64,000 nucleotides of DNA from Vicinamibacteria bacterium (GCA_963579735.1 CAUZIB010000009.1:13491-77490), one strand, 5' to 3'. Counted from the stretch's first letter, positions 29,073 to 38,944 are shown. A program made the numbers and translations. The notes: generated from the letters alone by a model not told the origin.

Positions 29073-29100
29073 CGTATATTCGGCTAGCGCCGGCTGTCAA
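29073..29100 (-). promoter_or_regulatory. Candidate sigma-70 promoter about 225 nt upstream of ffh
   Basis: The minus strand reads TTGACA-N16-TATACG (or N18-TACGAT) in a locally AT-richer spacer. Compare the validated-looking groES promoter in this window. Confidence 0.35.
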
Positions 29101-29102
29101 CG

Positions 29103-29134
29103 AAAAGCCGCCCTCCGCGGCCGCTAGGGGAGGC
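29103..29134 (-). terminator. Candidate intrinsic terminator after ribBA
   Basis: The minus strand reads GCCGC-GGAGG-GCGGC followed by TTTTCG. An alternative longer CCCTCC/GGAGGG stem is possible. Confidence 0.45.
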
Positions 29135-29136
29135 TC

Positions 29137-30396
29137 TCAGACGGTGGAGATGGTGTGACCGAGTTTGTCTTTCTTAGCCCGCAGATACGCCCGCGAAAAC
29201 TCCGACACGGGCACTTCGAGTGACACCGATTCGGCGACCGACAGACCGTAGCCTTCCAACCCGACGAATTTCCGCGGGTTGTTTGTCAGGAGCCGCATGG
29301 TCCCGACCCCCAGGTCGCCCAGAATCTGAGCCCCGATGCCGTAATCCCGCTGGTCTGGCTTGAACCCGAGGCGCTCGTTCGCCTCCACCGTGTCGAGTCC
29401 CTGGTCCTGCAGCTCATACGCGCGAATCTTGTTCGCGATCCCGATCCCACGGCCTTCTTGATTGAGATACAGCAGCACACCACGGCCTTCGTCCGCAATC
29501 CGCTTCATGGCCGCCGAGAGCTGCAATCCGCAATCGCAGCGCTGCGAGTGAAACACATCCCCGGTCAGACATCGAGAATGGACTCGGACCAGAATGTCCT
29601 CACCGTCCCCGACCTCGCCACACACGAGCGCGGTGTGAGCCTCACCGTCGAGAATACTCTCATACACATACACCTCGAACGGTCCGTGCTCGGTGGGTAG
29701 CTTTGCTTTCGCAACCTGCCTCACCAATCGCTCGTTGCGCATCCGATACTTGATCAGATCTGCGATGGTGATCATCACGAGATCGTGTCGCGCCGCGAAA
29801 AGACTCAGCTCCTTGACACGCGCCATCGTGCCGTCATCGTTCATGATTTCGCAGATGACGCCCGCGGGATACAACCCGGCGAGCCGAGCCAGATCAACTG
29901 CGGCTTCGGTCTGACCCGCGCGCACCAGGACCCCGCCCTCGCGGGCCCGAAGAGGAAACATGTGACCGGGTCGGGCGAGGTCCGCCGCCTTTGTATTCTT
30001 GTCAATCGCGGCACGCACGGTGGCCGACCGATCGGCAGCGGAGATACCGGTGCTGGTTCCCTGCTTGGCTTCAATCGGCACCGTAAAGGCGGTCTCAAAG
30101 CGAGCGGTGTTCTTCTCGACCATCATGGGAATGTCGAGCTCGTCCAACCGTTCGCTGGTCATTGGCAAGCAGATGAGCCCGCGCCCCTCGCGCGCCATGA
30201 AATTGATGGCATCCGGGGTGATCTTCTCGGCCGCTATCGTGAGGTCGCCCTCATTCTCACGATCCTCGTCGTCGACGACGATGAGCATTCGCCCCTCTCG
30301 AAACGCGTCGACCGCCTCCGCGATCGGCGTGAACGGACTCGAGGCACTCACAGGTCGAAGACCGGCGCTCTTTCCGGGGGCTTTCGTTTGAGGCAT
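29137..30396 (-). CDS. ribBA: Bifunctional 3,4-dihydroxy-2-butanone-4-phosphate synthase / GTP cyclohydrolase II
   Basis: [11 protein letters not shown] (DHBP synthase) and [18 protein letters not shown] (GCH II zinc site). Confidence 0.95.
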   Translation of the reverse strand: MPQTKAPGKSAGLRPVSASSPFTPIAEAVDAFREGRMLIVVDDEDRENEGDLTIAAEKITPDAINFMAREGRGLICLPMTSERLDELDIPMMVEKNTARFETAFTVPIEAKQGTSTGISAADRSATVRAAIDKNTKAADLARPGHMFPLRAREGGVLVRAGQTEAAVDLARLAGLYPAGVICEIMNDDGTMARVKELSLFAARHDLVMITIADLIKYRMRNERLVRQVAKAKLPTEHGPFEVYVYESILDGEAHTALVCGEVGDGEDILVRVHSRCLTGDVFHSQRCDCGLQLSAAMKRIADEGRGVLLYLNQEGRGIGIANKIRAYELQDQGLDTVEANERLGFKPDQRDYGIGAQILGDLGVGTMRLLTNNPRKFVGLEGYGLSVAESVSLEVPVSEFSRAYLRAKKDKLGHTISTV

Positions 30397-30429
30397 CGCG
30401 TCTCCTGACGTGCGGGTGTGTGAACGCCC

Positions 30430-31020
30430 TTACCCGCGCGCGTGCAGGGCGTTCACGACGTATTTCCCGATGATATCGCATTCCAGGTTGACGCCATCTC
30501 CCGGTGTGGATGCGTGCAAGGCCGTATGTTCCAACGTGTAGGGCACGATCTGCAGGTCAAATGAGTCATCGCGCAAGGTCGCCACCGTTAGGCTTGTTCC
30601 GTCGACGGCGATAGAGCCTTTCGCGACGATCCACGCTGTAAGGTCCGGTGAAAAACTCACTGTTACCAAGGAAAAATCAGCCTGACCCGTGATGGCAGTA
30701 ATATGACCGACTCCATCCACATGACCCAACACGAAGTGCCCGCCCAACCGACCGTCAGTACGAAGTGGCCGCTCCAGATTAACGAGCGAGCCGACATCGA
30801 TCCGACCGAGCGTCGTCACCTGAGAGGTCTGAGGCGAGATCTCGGCGGTGAAGGCAGCTGCGGTCTTGTCCACAACGGTCAGGCAGACGCCGCTGACCGC
30901 CACGCTGTCGCCAAGCGTCAGCTCCGGGGCGAGCGAGGTATTCACCGTCAGACGCGCTCCCTCAGGTATGGCGCGTATGGCACTGACCCGACCGATAGAC
31001 TCAATCAACCCGCTGAACAT
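30430..31020 (-). CDS. ribE: Riboflavin synthase
   Basis: MFSGLIESIGRV start and duplicated lumazine-binding repeats. Confidence 0.9.
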   Translation of the reverse strand: MFSGLIESIGRVSAIRAIPEGARLTVNTSLAPELTLGDSVAVSGVCLTVVDKTAAAFTAEISPQTSQVTTLGRIDVGSLVNLERPLRTDGRLGGHFVLGHVDGVGHITAITGQADFSLVTVSFSPDLTAWIVAKGSIAVDGTSLTVATLRDDSFDLQIVPYTLEHTALHASTPGDGVNLECDIIGKYVVNALHARG

Positions 31021-32155
31021 ACCCCTCCGTCAGAACGTCTGGACCGTAGATCACGTCACGGCGGTCTTGCAGGTCTTCGACGCTCAGCTCATCGTCAATC
31101 CATGTGACACCTTCGGGCCCGAGCACATTTGGTGTCCCGATCCGAAGCACCTTGTCGACAACGCCGGCGCGCCACGCAGCCCGATGTATAACGGCGCCTC
31201 CCTCTAGCAACAACGAGTTGATGCCCAGCTCCGCCAGTCGTGTCAGGGCGGCTTCGATCGTCTCGCCGCTGACGAACTCCACCCGAGCGCCCTTACCCTG
31301 CAGCGCATCGGCTCTTGCGCTCTTATCTGTCGACGCGTCTGTCGTCGTCAGGATCACGATCGGCCCGGCCGCAGTCGTCGTGAACATCCGAGCCGTCGAA
31401 GGAGTACGGAGCCGCCGGTCGAAAATGACGCGCGTCAGAGGCGACAACCGAGGCACCTCCCGCACGGTAAGTAATGGGTCATCGACAATCATCGTGCTCG
31501 ACCCCACCCCGATCGCGTCGACTTCCGAACGCCATCCGTGCCCGGCGCGATTCATCGGGTCAGACGTCAGCGCCGTCCGAGCGCCGGCGCTGGCGGCGAT
31601 CTTCCCGTCGCGGCTGAGCGCGACCTTGATTGTGACAAACGGTCGCCCGTGGGTCACCCTCGTAATAAACGCCTCGTTCAGTCGGGCTGCGGCTTGGCCA
31701 CGAACCCCGACGTCGACCGTGATCCCTTGCCCACGCAACCGCTCAATGCCCGCGCCGCTGACACGGGGGTCCGGGTCAACACCGCCGACCACGACCCGCG
31801 CGACGCCCGCGTCGATGATGCGAGTGGTGCAAGGACCGGTGCGGCCGGTGTGATTGCATGGCTCGAGATTGCAGTAGAGCGTGCTTCCGGCGGCGAGCGC
31901 TCCGGCGGCGTCCAGGGCGTGAGATTCGGCGTGTGGCGTCCCGTCCCGCTCGTGAAAACCGCGTCCAACCAACTGACCGCTTGCCGACACGACGACGGCG
32001 CCCACCATGGGGTTGGGACTGGTCCAACCGCGCCCACGTTCCGCCAACCTGAGCGCGTCGTCCATCCATCGACCATCGTCGTCAGAGAAAGGCCGAGGCG
32101 GCGGGCTATTCGTCGAATCACGCTGAACGTCGGCTGGGTGCGCCTGTCTCACCAC
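31001..32155 (-). CDS. ribD: Bifunctional riboflavin deaminase/reductase
   Basis: HAESHAL...CNLEPCNHTGRTGPC deaminase zinc motif plus a C-terminal reductase domain. The start overlaps the ftsY 3' end. Confidence 0.9.
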   Translation of the reverse strand: MVRQAHPADVQRDSTNSPPPRPFSDDDGRWMDDALRLAERGRGWTSPNPMVGAVVVSASGQLVGRGFHERDGTPHAESHALDAAGALAAGSTLYCNLEPCNHTGRTGPCTTRIIDAGVARVVVGGVDPDPRVSGAGIERLRGQGITVDVGVRGQAAARLNEAFITRVTHGRPFVTIKVALSRDGKIAASAGARTALTSDPMNRAGHGWRSEVDAIGVGSSTMIVDDPLLTVREVPRLSPLTRVIFDRRLRTPSTARMFTTTAAGPIVILTTTDASTDKSARADALQGKGARVEFVSGETIEAALTRLAELGINSLLLEGGAVIHRAAWRAGVVDKVLRIGTPNVLGPEGVTWIDDELSVEDLQDRRDVIYGPDVLTEGYVQRVD

Positions 32156-33087
32156 TGGCTCGCAAACAACCCGTCGGCGTAGGCCTCCGCATCGAACGGG
32201 AGAAGATCGCCGATACCCTCTCCAACCCCAACATACTGAATGGGAAGTCCGAGCTCGGCCGCGATCGCGAGCGCGATCCCGCCCTTGGCCGTGCCGTCGA
32301 GCTTTGTGAGGACGATGCCCGTCACACCCGCGCTTTCAAGAAATACCTTTGCCTGCGCCAATCCATTTTGCCCGACAGTCGCATCGATAATCAGCAATAC
32401 CTCATGCGGTGCGCCGTTAATGGCCCGCGCGGCGACGCGACGCATTTTTTCGAGTTCTGTCATGAGGTTGACGCGCGTGTGGAGTCGCCCAGCAGTATCG
32501 ACGAGCACCACGTCGCAATCACGCGCGCGTCCGGCCTCGACGGCGTCGAACACGACGGACGCTGGATCAGCTTGAGGACCAGCCTTGACGATATCGACAT
32601 CTGCTCTTGACGCCCACACCTCGAGCTGCTGGACGGCGGCCGCCCGAAATGTATCGGCGGCGCACACCAGTGGCCGCTGCCCATCAGTGCGCAGGAGGTG
32701 GGCGAGTTTCCCTACGGTCGTGGTCTTGCCGGTGCCATTGACACCGACGACCAACACGACCCGGGGGCGAGTACGTTCGGTCGGGACTTTGTGAACCGAC
32801 GCGAGAACGGCCAATATTTCCTGCCGTAGAGCGTCACGTAAGGTCGGCGTGTCGGGGGTGACGGACGTCGAGTGATCTCTCCGCAGCGTTTCGATAATCC
32901 GGTCGGTCGCCGTCACCCCAACGTCTGCCTCCAGCAATAACTCTTCGAGGGCATCAAGCGTGTCCGCTTTGACTGGCCCGGGCGTGTCTTGCTTGTCCTC
33001 CCGGCCAAGGATCTCATCAAATCGGTCGCCCATTCGCTGGGCGGTCCGGCGCAGACCTGTGCGCAAACGGTCAAACACGCTCGGCAT
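32149..33087 (-). CDS. ftsY: Signal recognition particle receptor
   Basis: GVNGTGKTTT, DTAGRLH and TKLDGTAKGG motifs. Confidence 0.95.
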   Translation of the reverse strand: MPSVFDRLRTGLRRTAQRMGDRFDEILGREDKQDTPGPVKADTLDALEELLLEADVGVTATDRIIETLRRDHSTSVTPDTPTLRDALRQEILAVLASVHKVPTERTRPRVVLVVGVNGTGKTTTVGKLAHLLRTDGQRPLVCAADTFRAAAVQQLEVWASRADVDIVKAGPQADPASVVFDAVEAGRARDCDVVLVDTAGRLHTRVNLMTELEKMRRVAARAINGAPHEVLLIIDATVGQNGLAQAKVFLESAGVTGIVLTKLDGTAKGGIALAIAAELGLPIQYVGVGEGIGDLLPFDAEAYADGLFASQW

Positions 33088-33137
33088 CGTCTCTATGTCC
33101 CGGGTGTGATGAAATCCTCGTCTAGCCGCCTCGTCCC

Positions 33138-34163
33138 CTAGCGACCGGACTCGATCTCGGCGCGTTGGCGGCGCAGCATCAGCCCTTCGACCGCTGCTAA
33201 CGGTGTCTGCCTTCCGTCCAACACCTCAGCCATCTGAGAAGTAATAGGCAGATCAACCGCATGACGCGTGCCGAGCTCCAACGCCGCCGCCGTCGTGCGG
33301 ACGCCTTCGGCCACGGAAGACATATCACCCAGCACCGCGTCAAGCGACCGGCCGCGGCCAAGCTCGACCCCGACGTGACGGTTCCGACTGAGATTGCCAG
33401 TGCACGTGAGCACCAAGTCGCCGAGACCACTCAGTCCCGCCAATGTATCGCGGCGTCCGCCGAGGGCTGACGCGAGCCGCGAGATTTCGGCCAGCCCCCG
33501 GGTGATCAACGCCGACAGCGCGTTGTGACCAAGCTCGAGCGACTCGACCGCGCCCGCCGCGATTGCGATCACGTTCTTCATCGCGCCGCCTATCTCGACC
33601 CCGACGACATCGCCCGTTCCGTAGAGCCGAAAGTTCTGAGAGCGAAACTCCTGCTGGACCGTTTCTACGACCTTGGCGTCATATCCAGCCACGGCGACCG
33701 CGGTGGGCAATCCGAGCGCGACCTCCGGCGAAAAGCTGGGACCAGACAGCACCGTGATCGGATGCGACGGTCCAAGCTCTTCTGCAATCACCTCGGAGAT
33801 ACGTAACAGTGTGCCAACCTCGAGACCTTTCGTCGCACTCACGACGACGGCATCGGGCCGCATGATCCCGGCCGCGCGATGCATTACCTCTCTGGTGCCG
33901 TGCGACGGCACAGCGGCTACCACACACTGTGCATCAGCCAGCGCCTCGGCGATTGAGGCTGTTGGCTGTACCGCGTCCGGAAGCTCGATACCTTTGAGAT
34001 ACTTTGAATTCTCGCGAGTGGCACGCATTGCCTCAACCATCTCGACATTGCGTCCCCAAAGACGAACCTGACGTGTCTCGCGCCCCAAGTGGACGGCCAA
34101 CGCCGTCCCCCATCCCCCGCTCCCCAAAACGGCGACACGCTGTGTCAACGTAAGTGTGCCCAT
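33138..34163 (-). CDS. gpsA: NAD(P)H-dependent glycerol-3-phosphate dehydrogenase
   Basis: VLGSGGWGTALA and GAMKNVIAIAAG motifs. Confidence 0.9.
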   Translation of the reverse strand: MGTLTLTQRVAVLGSGGWGTALAVHLGRETRQVRLWGRNVEMVEAMRATRENSKYLKGIELPDAVQPTASIAEALADAQCVVAAVPSHGTREVMHRAAGIMRPDAVVVSATKGLEVGTLLRISEVIAEELGPSHPITVLSGPSFSPEVALGLPTAVAVAGYDAKVVETVQQEFRSQNFRLYGTGDVVGVEIGGAMKNVIAIAAGAVESLELGHNALSALITRGLAEISRLASALGGRRDTLAGLSGLGDLVLTCTGNLSRNRHVGVELGRGRSLDAVLGDMSSVAEGVRTTAAALELGTRHAVDLPITSQMAEVLDGRQTPLAAVEGLMLRRQRAEIESGR

Positions 34164-34197
34164 ACCAATCTTTGCGACCCAATCGTGAGGACGACGA

Positions 34198-34791
34198 CTA
34201 CAAGACCTGGCGTTCCCCGAGACGCCGCTCCTGACCGGCGTAGAGACGCACGATGTTTGACCGGTGTCGGTAGCCGATGAGACCAGAAACGCCCACCGCC
34301 GCCCACACCGTCACTGCGGGCTCGCCGCCAGCGTAGCTGCATACTATGAGCGTCAACGCCCCGGCGAGCGAACCGAGCGATATGTAGCGAGTCATCCAGA
34401 CAACTGCCGTGAACACGACCAGCGCGAGGAGCGTGGCCCAGGGCGCCAACGACAGGAAAGCTCCGCACGCGGTGGCCACGCCTTTTCCGCCCCGGAACTC
34501 TAGCCACGCGGGGAACACATGCCCACACACCACCGCCACGGCCACCGCCGCCGCGAGACCTGTCGATGCGCCCAGCCGTTCGGCGAAGAACACGGCCGTG
34601 GTGCCTTTGCTCACGTCGAGGGCAAGCGCCAATGCGGCCATCGAGGGCCCGGCGGCCCGCAGCACATTGGCGGTGCCCATATTGCCGCTTCCAACACGTC
34701 GTAAATCCGCGCCACTAGCCATCCGCCCGACCCATAGCGCAAACGGAATCGTCCCGACCAGATACGCCATGAGAAGAAGTCCGACAATCAT
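34198..34791 (-). CDS. plsY: Glycerol-3-phosphate acyltransferase
   Basis: GSGNMGTANVLR and FRGGKGVAT motifs. Multi-pass membrane protein. Confidence 0.9.
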   Translation of the reverse strand: MIVGLLLMAYLVGTIPFALWVGRMASGADLRRVGSGNMGTANVLRAAGPSMAALALALDVSKGTTAVFFAERLGASTGLAAAVAVAVVCGHVFPAWLEFRGGKGVATACGAFLSLAPWATLLALVVFTAVVWMTRYISLGSLAGALTLIVCSYAGGEPAVTVWAAVGVSGLIGYRHRSNIVRLYAGQERRLGERQVL

Positions 34792-35020
34792 TGCATTCGT
34801 GTTCCGCTACAAAAGACACCGCATGATGTCGCCCACGCAGCGAACTCGACCCAACGTAGGCCCTACCGGGTCGGCGATACAGCCGCGCGGGGCGTGGGTC
34901 GTGAGTACCAAGGACCCGGTGCTAAGTATGACCTACTGGCGCCGGACCCTCGTATGGAGCGCCGGAAAAGACACCGATACCGGGTGGTCCGATGGCCCGC
35001 CCGCTGATGGCGACCGTCCA

Positions 35021-36322
35021 CTATGCGCGCGGAAGGAGGGCGCGCCGCAACATGTCGAGTGCGACCTGCGAGGCTTGGAATTTGACCCTGTCCCGCTCTC
35101 CGGGGAAGCGAAACGTTCGCACTCGGACCGCCCCCTCGGGTCCGGCGAGCGCGACGCACACGGTCCCGACCGGCTTCTCTTCGGTTCCGCCGCCGGGCCC
35201 GGCGATCCCGGTTACCCCGATACCGTAGTCGGCGACCGCCAGCCGTTTGGCGTGTACTGCCATCGACTCGGCAACCTCCTCGCTCACGGCTCCATGGGAT
35301 GCCAACAACGCCGGATCCACACCGAGGTTGCTGACTTTCGCATCGTTTCCATAGGTGACCCAGGCCGCCTCCAGATACGATGAGCTCCCCGGGACATCGG
35401 TGAGTCGTGACGCGATAAGCCCTCCGGTACACGATTCAGCGACGGCAACGCGTTGGCCCGCGCGCCTGAGCAGCCGTCCCACGGTCTCCTCCAGGGACGC
35501 GCCGTCCACGCTGACCAGGCTCCGGCCTAGCACCAGTGAGAGCTCGCCGGTCGCTTGCGCGAGCACGCTCTCGGCGACCGATGGCTCGACACCTTGTGTC
35601 GCCAAGTGCAGCTCGATCTGGCCGAGCGTCGACAGTACCGTCGTCGTGACGACGGGCTCACGAGCGAGCCATTGGGAGTACAACGGTTGAGTGAGCTCCT
35701 CGACATATGTCTCGGTGCGTCCAGCGATCGTCAGAACTTGTCGATAGATTCGGGTTCCGGTCCATCTGGCGCCCAAGTGAACCGCACAGACCTCCTCAAA
35801 CATAGGCCGCAGCTCCCGAGGAGGACCTGGGAGCAGCACGCACGTCACATCATCCCTATCAAGCAAGAGGCCAGGCGCTGTCCCCCGAGGATTGCGCAAG
35901 ACGACGGCGCCCCGCGGGACAAGTGCCTGGCGCCGGTTGATCTCGGGCATCTCCATGCCTCGTGTCTCGAACCGCTTGCGGATGTGAGCCACAACGCTAG
36001 CATCTTCTTCCAGATCGAGCTTGAACAAGGCCGCCACGGTGTCGCGGGTTACATCGTCGTCAGTCGCCCCGAGACCACCGGTCAGCACAATGAGATCGGC
36101 CCGCGGGATAGCCTCCCGGACCAGGTCGGCCAGCTGCGCCGGGTCATCCCCGACAACTGCCTTATATTGGACGACCACGCCTTCGGTGTTGAGACGCTCG
36201 GTGAGAAACAGAGAATTCGTATCGACCTTGTGTGGCGTGAGGAGCTCAGACCCAACCGCCACGATGACGGCCCGGCGAACCGGCCGCACCGAGGCGTTCA
36301 GAACCACAGAGCCAGCCCCCAC
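35021..36322 (-). CDS. cinA: CinA family protein (MoCF-like domain plus nicotinamide-nucleotide amidase)
   Basis: AVIVAVGSELL N-terminus and C-terminal ESCTGG and GIGVTGIAGPGGG motifs. GTG at 36289 is an alternative start. Confidence 0.85.
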   Translation of the reverse strand: MGAGSVVLNASVRPVRRAVIVAVGSELLTPHKVDTNSLFLTERLNTEGVVVQYKAVVGDDPAQLADLVREAIPRADLIVLTGGLGATDDDVTRDTVAALFKLDLEEDASVVAHIRKRFETRGMEMPEINRRQALVPRGAVVLRNPRGTAPGLLLDRDDVTCVLLPGPPRELRPMFEEVCAVHLGARWTGTRIYRQVLTIAGRTETYVEELTQPLYSQWLAREPVVTTTVLSTLGQIELHLATQGVEPSVAESVLAQATGELSLVLGRSLVSVDGASLEETVGRLLRRAGQRVAVAESCTGGLIASRLTDVPGSSSYLEAAWVTYGNDAKVSNLGVDPALLASHGAVSEEVAESMAVHAKRLAVADYGIGVTGIAGPGGGTEEKPVGTVCVALAGPEGAVRVRTFRFPGERDRVKFQASQVALDMLRRALLPRA

Positions 36323-36780
36323 AGACTGAGCCGCACAACGATGGCCGCATACACGCCGGCGACGAGATCATCCGTCATGACCCCGATGCCGCCCGGTAGC
36401 CGCTCGGCCCGGCCGGCCGGAAACGGCTTCACGATGTCGAACCCGCGAAACGCGAGAAATCCGACGATCCCCGCCCACCACGTCAGCGGGAGAAAGAGCA
36501 TGGTGAGAAGCATGCCGGCGACCTCGTCCACGACAACGATCCCTGGATCTTCGCGCCCCTCGTCCGCCTCGACGTGATCGGCGGCCCAAGTGCCGACCAT
36601 GATCACGACCACCAGTACCGCCGGCTCCAGCCATAGGGTGTCGATCTGTCGCACGGCGGCCAGAAGGATCAACCCCACCAACGACCCTACGGTGCCGGGC
36701 GCGACCGGCGCATAGCCGGTATATGCCGCCGTGGCGACAAACCTCGCGAGCCCTCTCATTCGTGGTTGACGCCCGGCCAC
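36298..36780 (-). CDS. pgpA: Phosphatidylglycerophosphatase A
   Basis: YTGYAPVAPGTVGSLVG and FRGFDIVKPFP motifs. ATG at 36759 is an alternative start. Confidence 0.8.
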   Translation of the reverse strand: MAGRQPRMRGLARFVATAAYTGYAPVAPGTVGSLVGLILLAAVRQIDTLWLEPAVLVVVIMVGTWAADHVEADEGREDPGIVVVDEVAGMLLTMLFLPLTWWAGIVGFLAFRGFDIVKPFPAGRAERLPGGIGVMTDDLVAGVYAAIVVRLSLWGLALWF

Positions 36781-36790
36781 CGGGGGCCTG

Positions 36791-36934
36791 TCTCAGTCAT
36801 GTGCAGACTGGTCCCGGAGCCGGGACGGGCCCGGGCGGCGTTCCTCATCGGTGACAAAAACCAAATTGATTCCCCCGGCGTGCCTTGCCCGGCGGCGTAT
36901 CGCGGCTCCGCGGCCAGTCCGCACATGACTGTGA
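36791..36934. repeat. Inverted repeat (18 bp, 17/18; 21 bp with 2 mismatches) enclosing about 102 nt
   Basis: 36794-36811 cagtcatgtgcagactgg versus 36914-36931 ccagtccgcacatgactg. Lies in the spacer between the RDD gene and pgpA. Confidence 0.8.
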
Positions 36935-36949
36935 CAGTCCAATAGCGGA

Positions 36950-37759
36950 CTAGTCAACGACCACGCGTGTGCCGGCGAGCCGGTCCTGCAGCGCCCGCCG
37001 CGATACGGTCAACACGCCGAGAAACCCCACGCCGGCCGGGACCACGCACACCACGCAGGCCGCGGCGCGCGCAAGCGAGCGACTGACAGACATCTGTTCC
37101 CCGTCCCGGCCCTCGACCCGAAGGCGGGTTGCCATCTTCCCGACGGTCTGCCCGCCAAAGGCGGTAAGCAGCACGAGGTAACCAAGGTTGAATATTCCCA
37201 AGAACGACACAGTGGGTATCACCGGAAGCCGCCAGACTTCCTCAACCAGGAGATCGAGCACCCGTAGGGTCAGATACACGACCGCCACATTGATTCCGGC
37301 GAGAATACACGCATCCAAGCCAGCTGCGACTAGACGCCGCACCAGGAGCGACATACCCGCGACCGCCGTTGACGGCGGGGGCCGGTCCTCTCCGGTCCGA
37401 GGTGATGCAGATCCCCGGGGGGCTTCTTGACGGCGGGAGGCGGTGTGTCCGGCGCGCGCGCGGCCGGCCGCATGGTCGCCGGCGCCGCTTGACCACGCGT
37501 GGGGCGTGTCGAAACGAAGGGAATCCGTGAAGGCAGGCATGGTTCCAGCTCCACCATCCGCCCGAGCAGCCGTGTCCCCGCGACCTGCAAAATCACCCGG
37601 GGGCCGGGTCGGCGGTGTCACACGGGCACAACGTTGATACCGTGGAGCCGGTTGATCCGGCGACGGGCCTTCAGGAAAAAGACCCGTCAGAGCCCAACCG
37701 CAACGAGGACACGCCGTGAGCCGCGCGCGCACAAGATATCGGCACTGCTGACACCTCAT
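36950..37759 (-). CDS. RDD-family membrane protein with N-terminal zinc ribbon
   Basis: CQQC...CPRC ribbon, a long low-complexity linker and a C-terminal RDD-type TM domain (RRLVAAGLDACILAGINVAVVYL). Confidence 0.65.
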   Translation of the reverse strand: MRCQQCRYLVRARLTACPRCGWALTGLFPEGPSPDQPAPRYQRCARVTPPTRPPGDFAGRGDTAARADGGAGTMPAFTDSLRFDTPHAWSSGAGDHAAGRARAGHTASRRQEAPRGSASPRTGEDRPPPSTAVAGMSLLVRRLVAAGLDACILAGINVAVVYLTLRVLDLLVEEVWRLPVIPTVSFLGIFNLGYLVLLTAFGGQTVGKMATRLRVEGRDGEQMSVSRSLARAAACVVCVVPAGVGFLGVLTVSRRALQDRLAGTRVVVD

Positions 37760-38011
37760 CAGCGGCCGGCGCGAACTCGGTGAGCACGCCGCGACGACGT
37801 ATACCCGTCGACGACCTGAGTGGCCCGTGGCAAGAGTCCCGCGGGTCCGTGAGCGCGATGCTGGGCCGTCGCAACGCCGGGAGCCCGGACAGAGAGAGAT
37901 CGCATCGCATGAGACGTATCACGCATGACGCCGTGCGATTATCGGGCAAACGCGGTAAACGAGTCAATGCCGCCCGCGCGTAACCCCCTTTCTGCCGTAC
38001 AATTTGCCGCG

Positions 38012-38944
38012 ATGTGCGACGTGATCGAGTGTGTTGTCAACATCTCGGAGGGGCGGCGCGCAGATGTCATCGACGAGTTGGCCGAAGCCATCCAGGCGGT
38101 GAGTGGCCTGTCGCTTGTGGATCGGTCTACTGACGCCTCGCACAACCGGTCGGTGTTCACCGTGATCGGCAACGCCCCGGCGCTGCGGACCGCGGTCGTG
38201 GCCCTCTATCGCGTAGCCATCGACCGTATCGACCTGCGACAACATCAGGGGGTCCATCCGCGTATGGGCGCGGTTGACGTCGTGCCTTTTGTCCCGCTTG
38301 CGAACACGACGATGGAAACATGCGTCGAGTTGGCAACAGATGTCGCCGAAGAGCTCGCCGTGCGCTTTTCGATACCCATCTATTTATACGGCGAAGCGGC
38401 CCGCCGGGCGGAATGTCGCGCGCTCGAAGCCGTCCGAGGCAAGGGGCTCGAAGACCTCGCGGAGCGTATGGCAGGTGACGAGTGGCATCCGGACTTTGGG
38501 CCGCCGGCACCTCACCCCACTGCCGGTGCCTCAGCGGTCGGGGCTCGACCGGTGCTCATCGCGTTCAACGTCAGCTTGGATACGACGGATATCGACATCG
38601 CCCGTCAAGTGGCCCGAGCCATACGCGAGCGAGACGGCGGGCTACGCGCGGTAAAAGCGTTGGGACTCCGGCTAGAGACGCGAGGCCTGGTCCAGGTGTC
38701 CATGAACCTTGTCGACTACCGCACGACACCACTCCACACCGTGTACGAACGGGTCCGCGCCGAAGCCGCGTTGCGCGGCGTCCGCGTGGCGGAGAGCGAG
38801 CTGATTGGTCTGGCGCCCGCCGACGCACTCCTTGCCGCCGCAGGCCACGCACTCAATCTAGCACGCGTTGCGCCGAGCCAGGTGATCGAGGCTCACCTTG
38901 ATCGAGCGTCCGGTCGGGGACCTCGACCCGCCGAGGAGACATGA
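38012..38944 (+). CDS. Glutamate formimidoyltransferase (FtcD N-terminal domain type)
   Basis: IECVVNISEGRR and HPRMGAVDVVPFVP motifs. ATG at 38012. Confidence 0.8.
   Translation: MCDVIECVVNISEGRRADVIDELAEAIQAVSGLSLVDRSTDASHNRSVFTVIGNAPALRTAVVALYRVAIDRIDLRQHQGVHPRMGAVDVVPFVPLANTTMETCVELATDVAEELAVRFSIPIYLYGEAARRAECRALEAVRGKGLEDLAERMAGDEWHPDFGPPAPHPTAGASAVGARPVLIAFNVSLDTTDIDIARQVARAIRERDGGLRAVKALGLRLETRGLVQVSMNLVDYRTTPLHTVYERVRAEAALRGVRVAESELIGLAPADALLAAAGHALNLARVAPSQVIEAHLDRASGRGPRPAEET

Noticed and set aside
28842-29136. SRP (4.5S) RNA gene next to ffh
   Set aside because: No GGAA-tetraloop helix 8 signature (…GGUCCGGAAGGAAGCAGCC… type sequence) was found on either strand.
32100-32200. FMN (RFN) riboswitch expected upstream of the ribD-ribE-ribBA operon
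   Set aside because: The ribD start overlaps the 3' end of ftsY, so there is no leader. No ribH or nusB follows ribBA either. The operon appears to be transcribed with ftsY.
38853-38944. 92-bp convergent overlap between the formimidoyltransferase and the sigma-54 activator genes as a possible antisense regulatory arrangement
   Set aside because: Both proteins have complete conserved domains well before the overlap. The tails (…[12 protein letters not shown] and …[12 protein letters not shown]) look like non-conserved read-on until the first stop, which is common in high-GC genomes.
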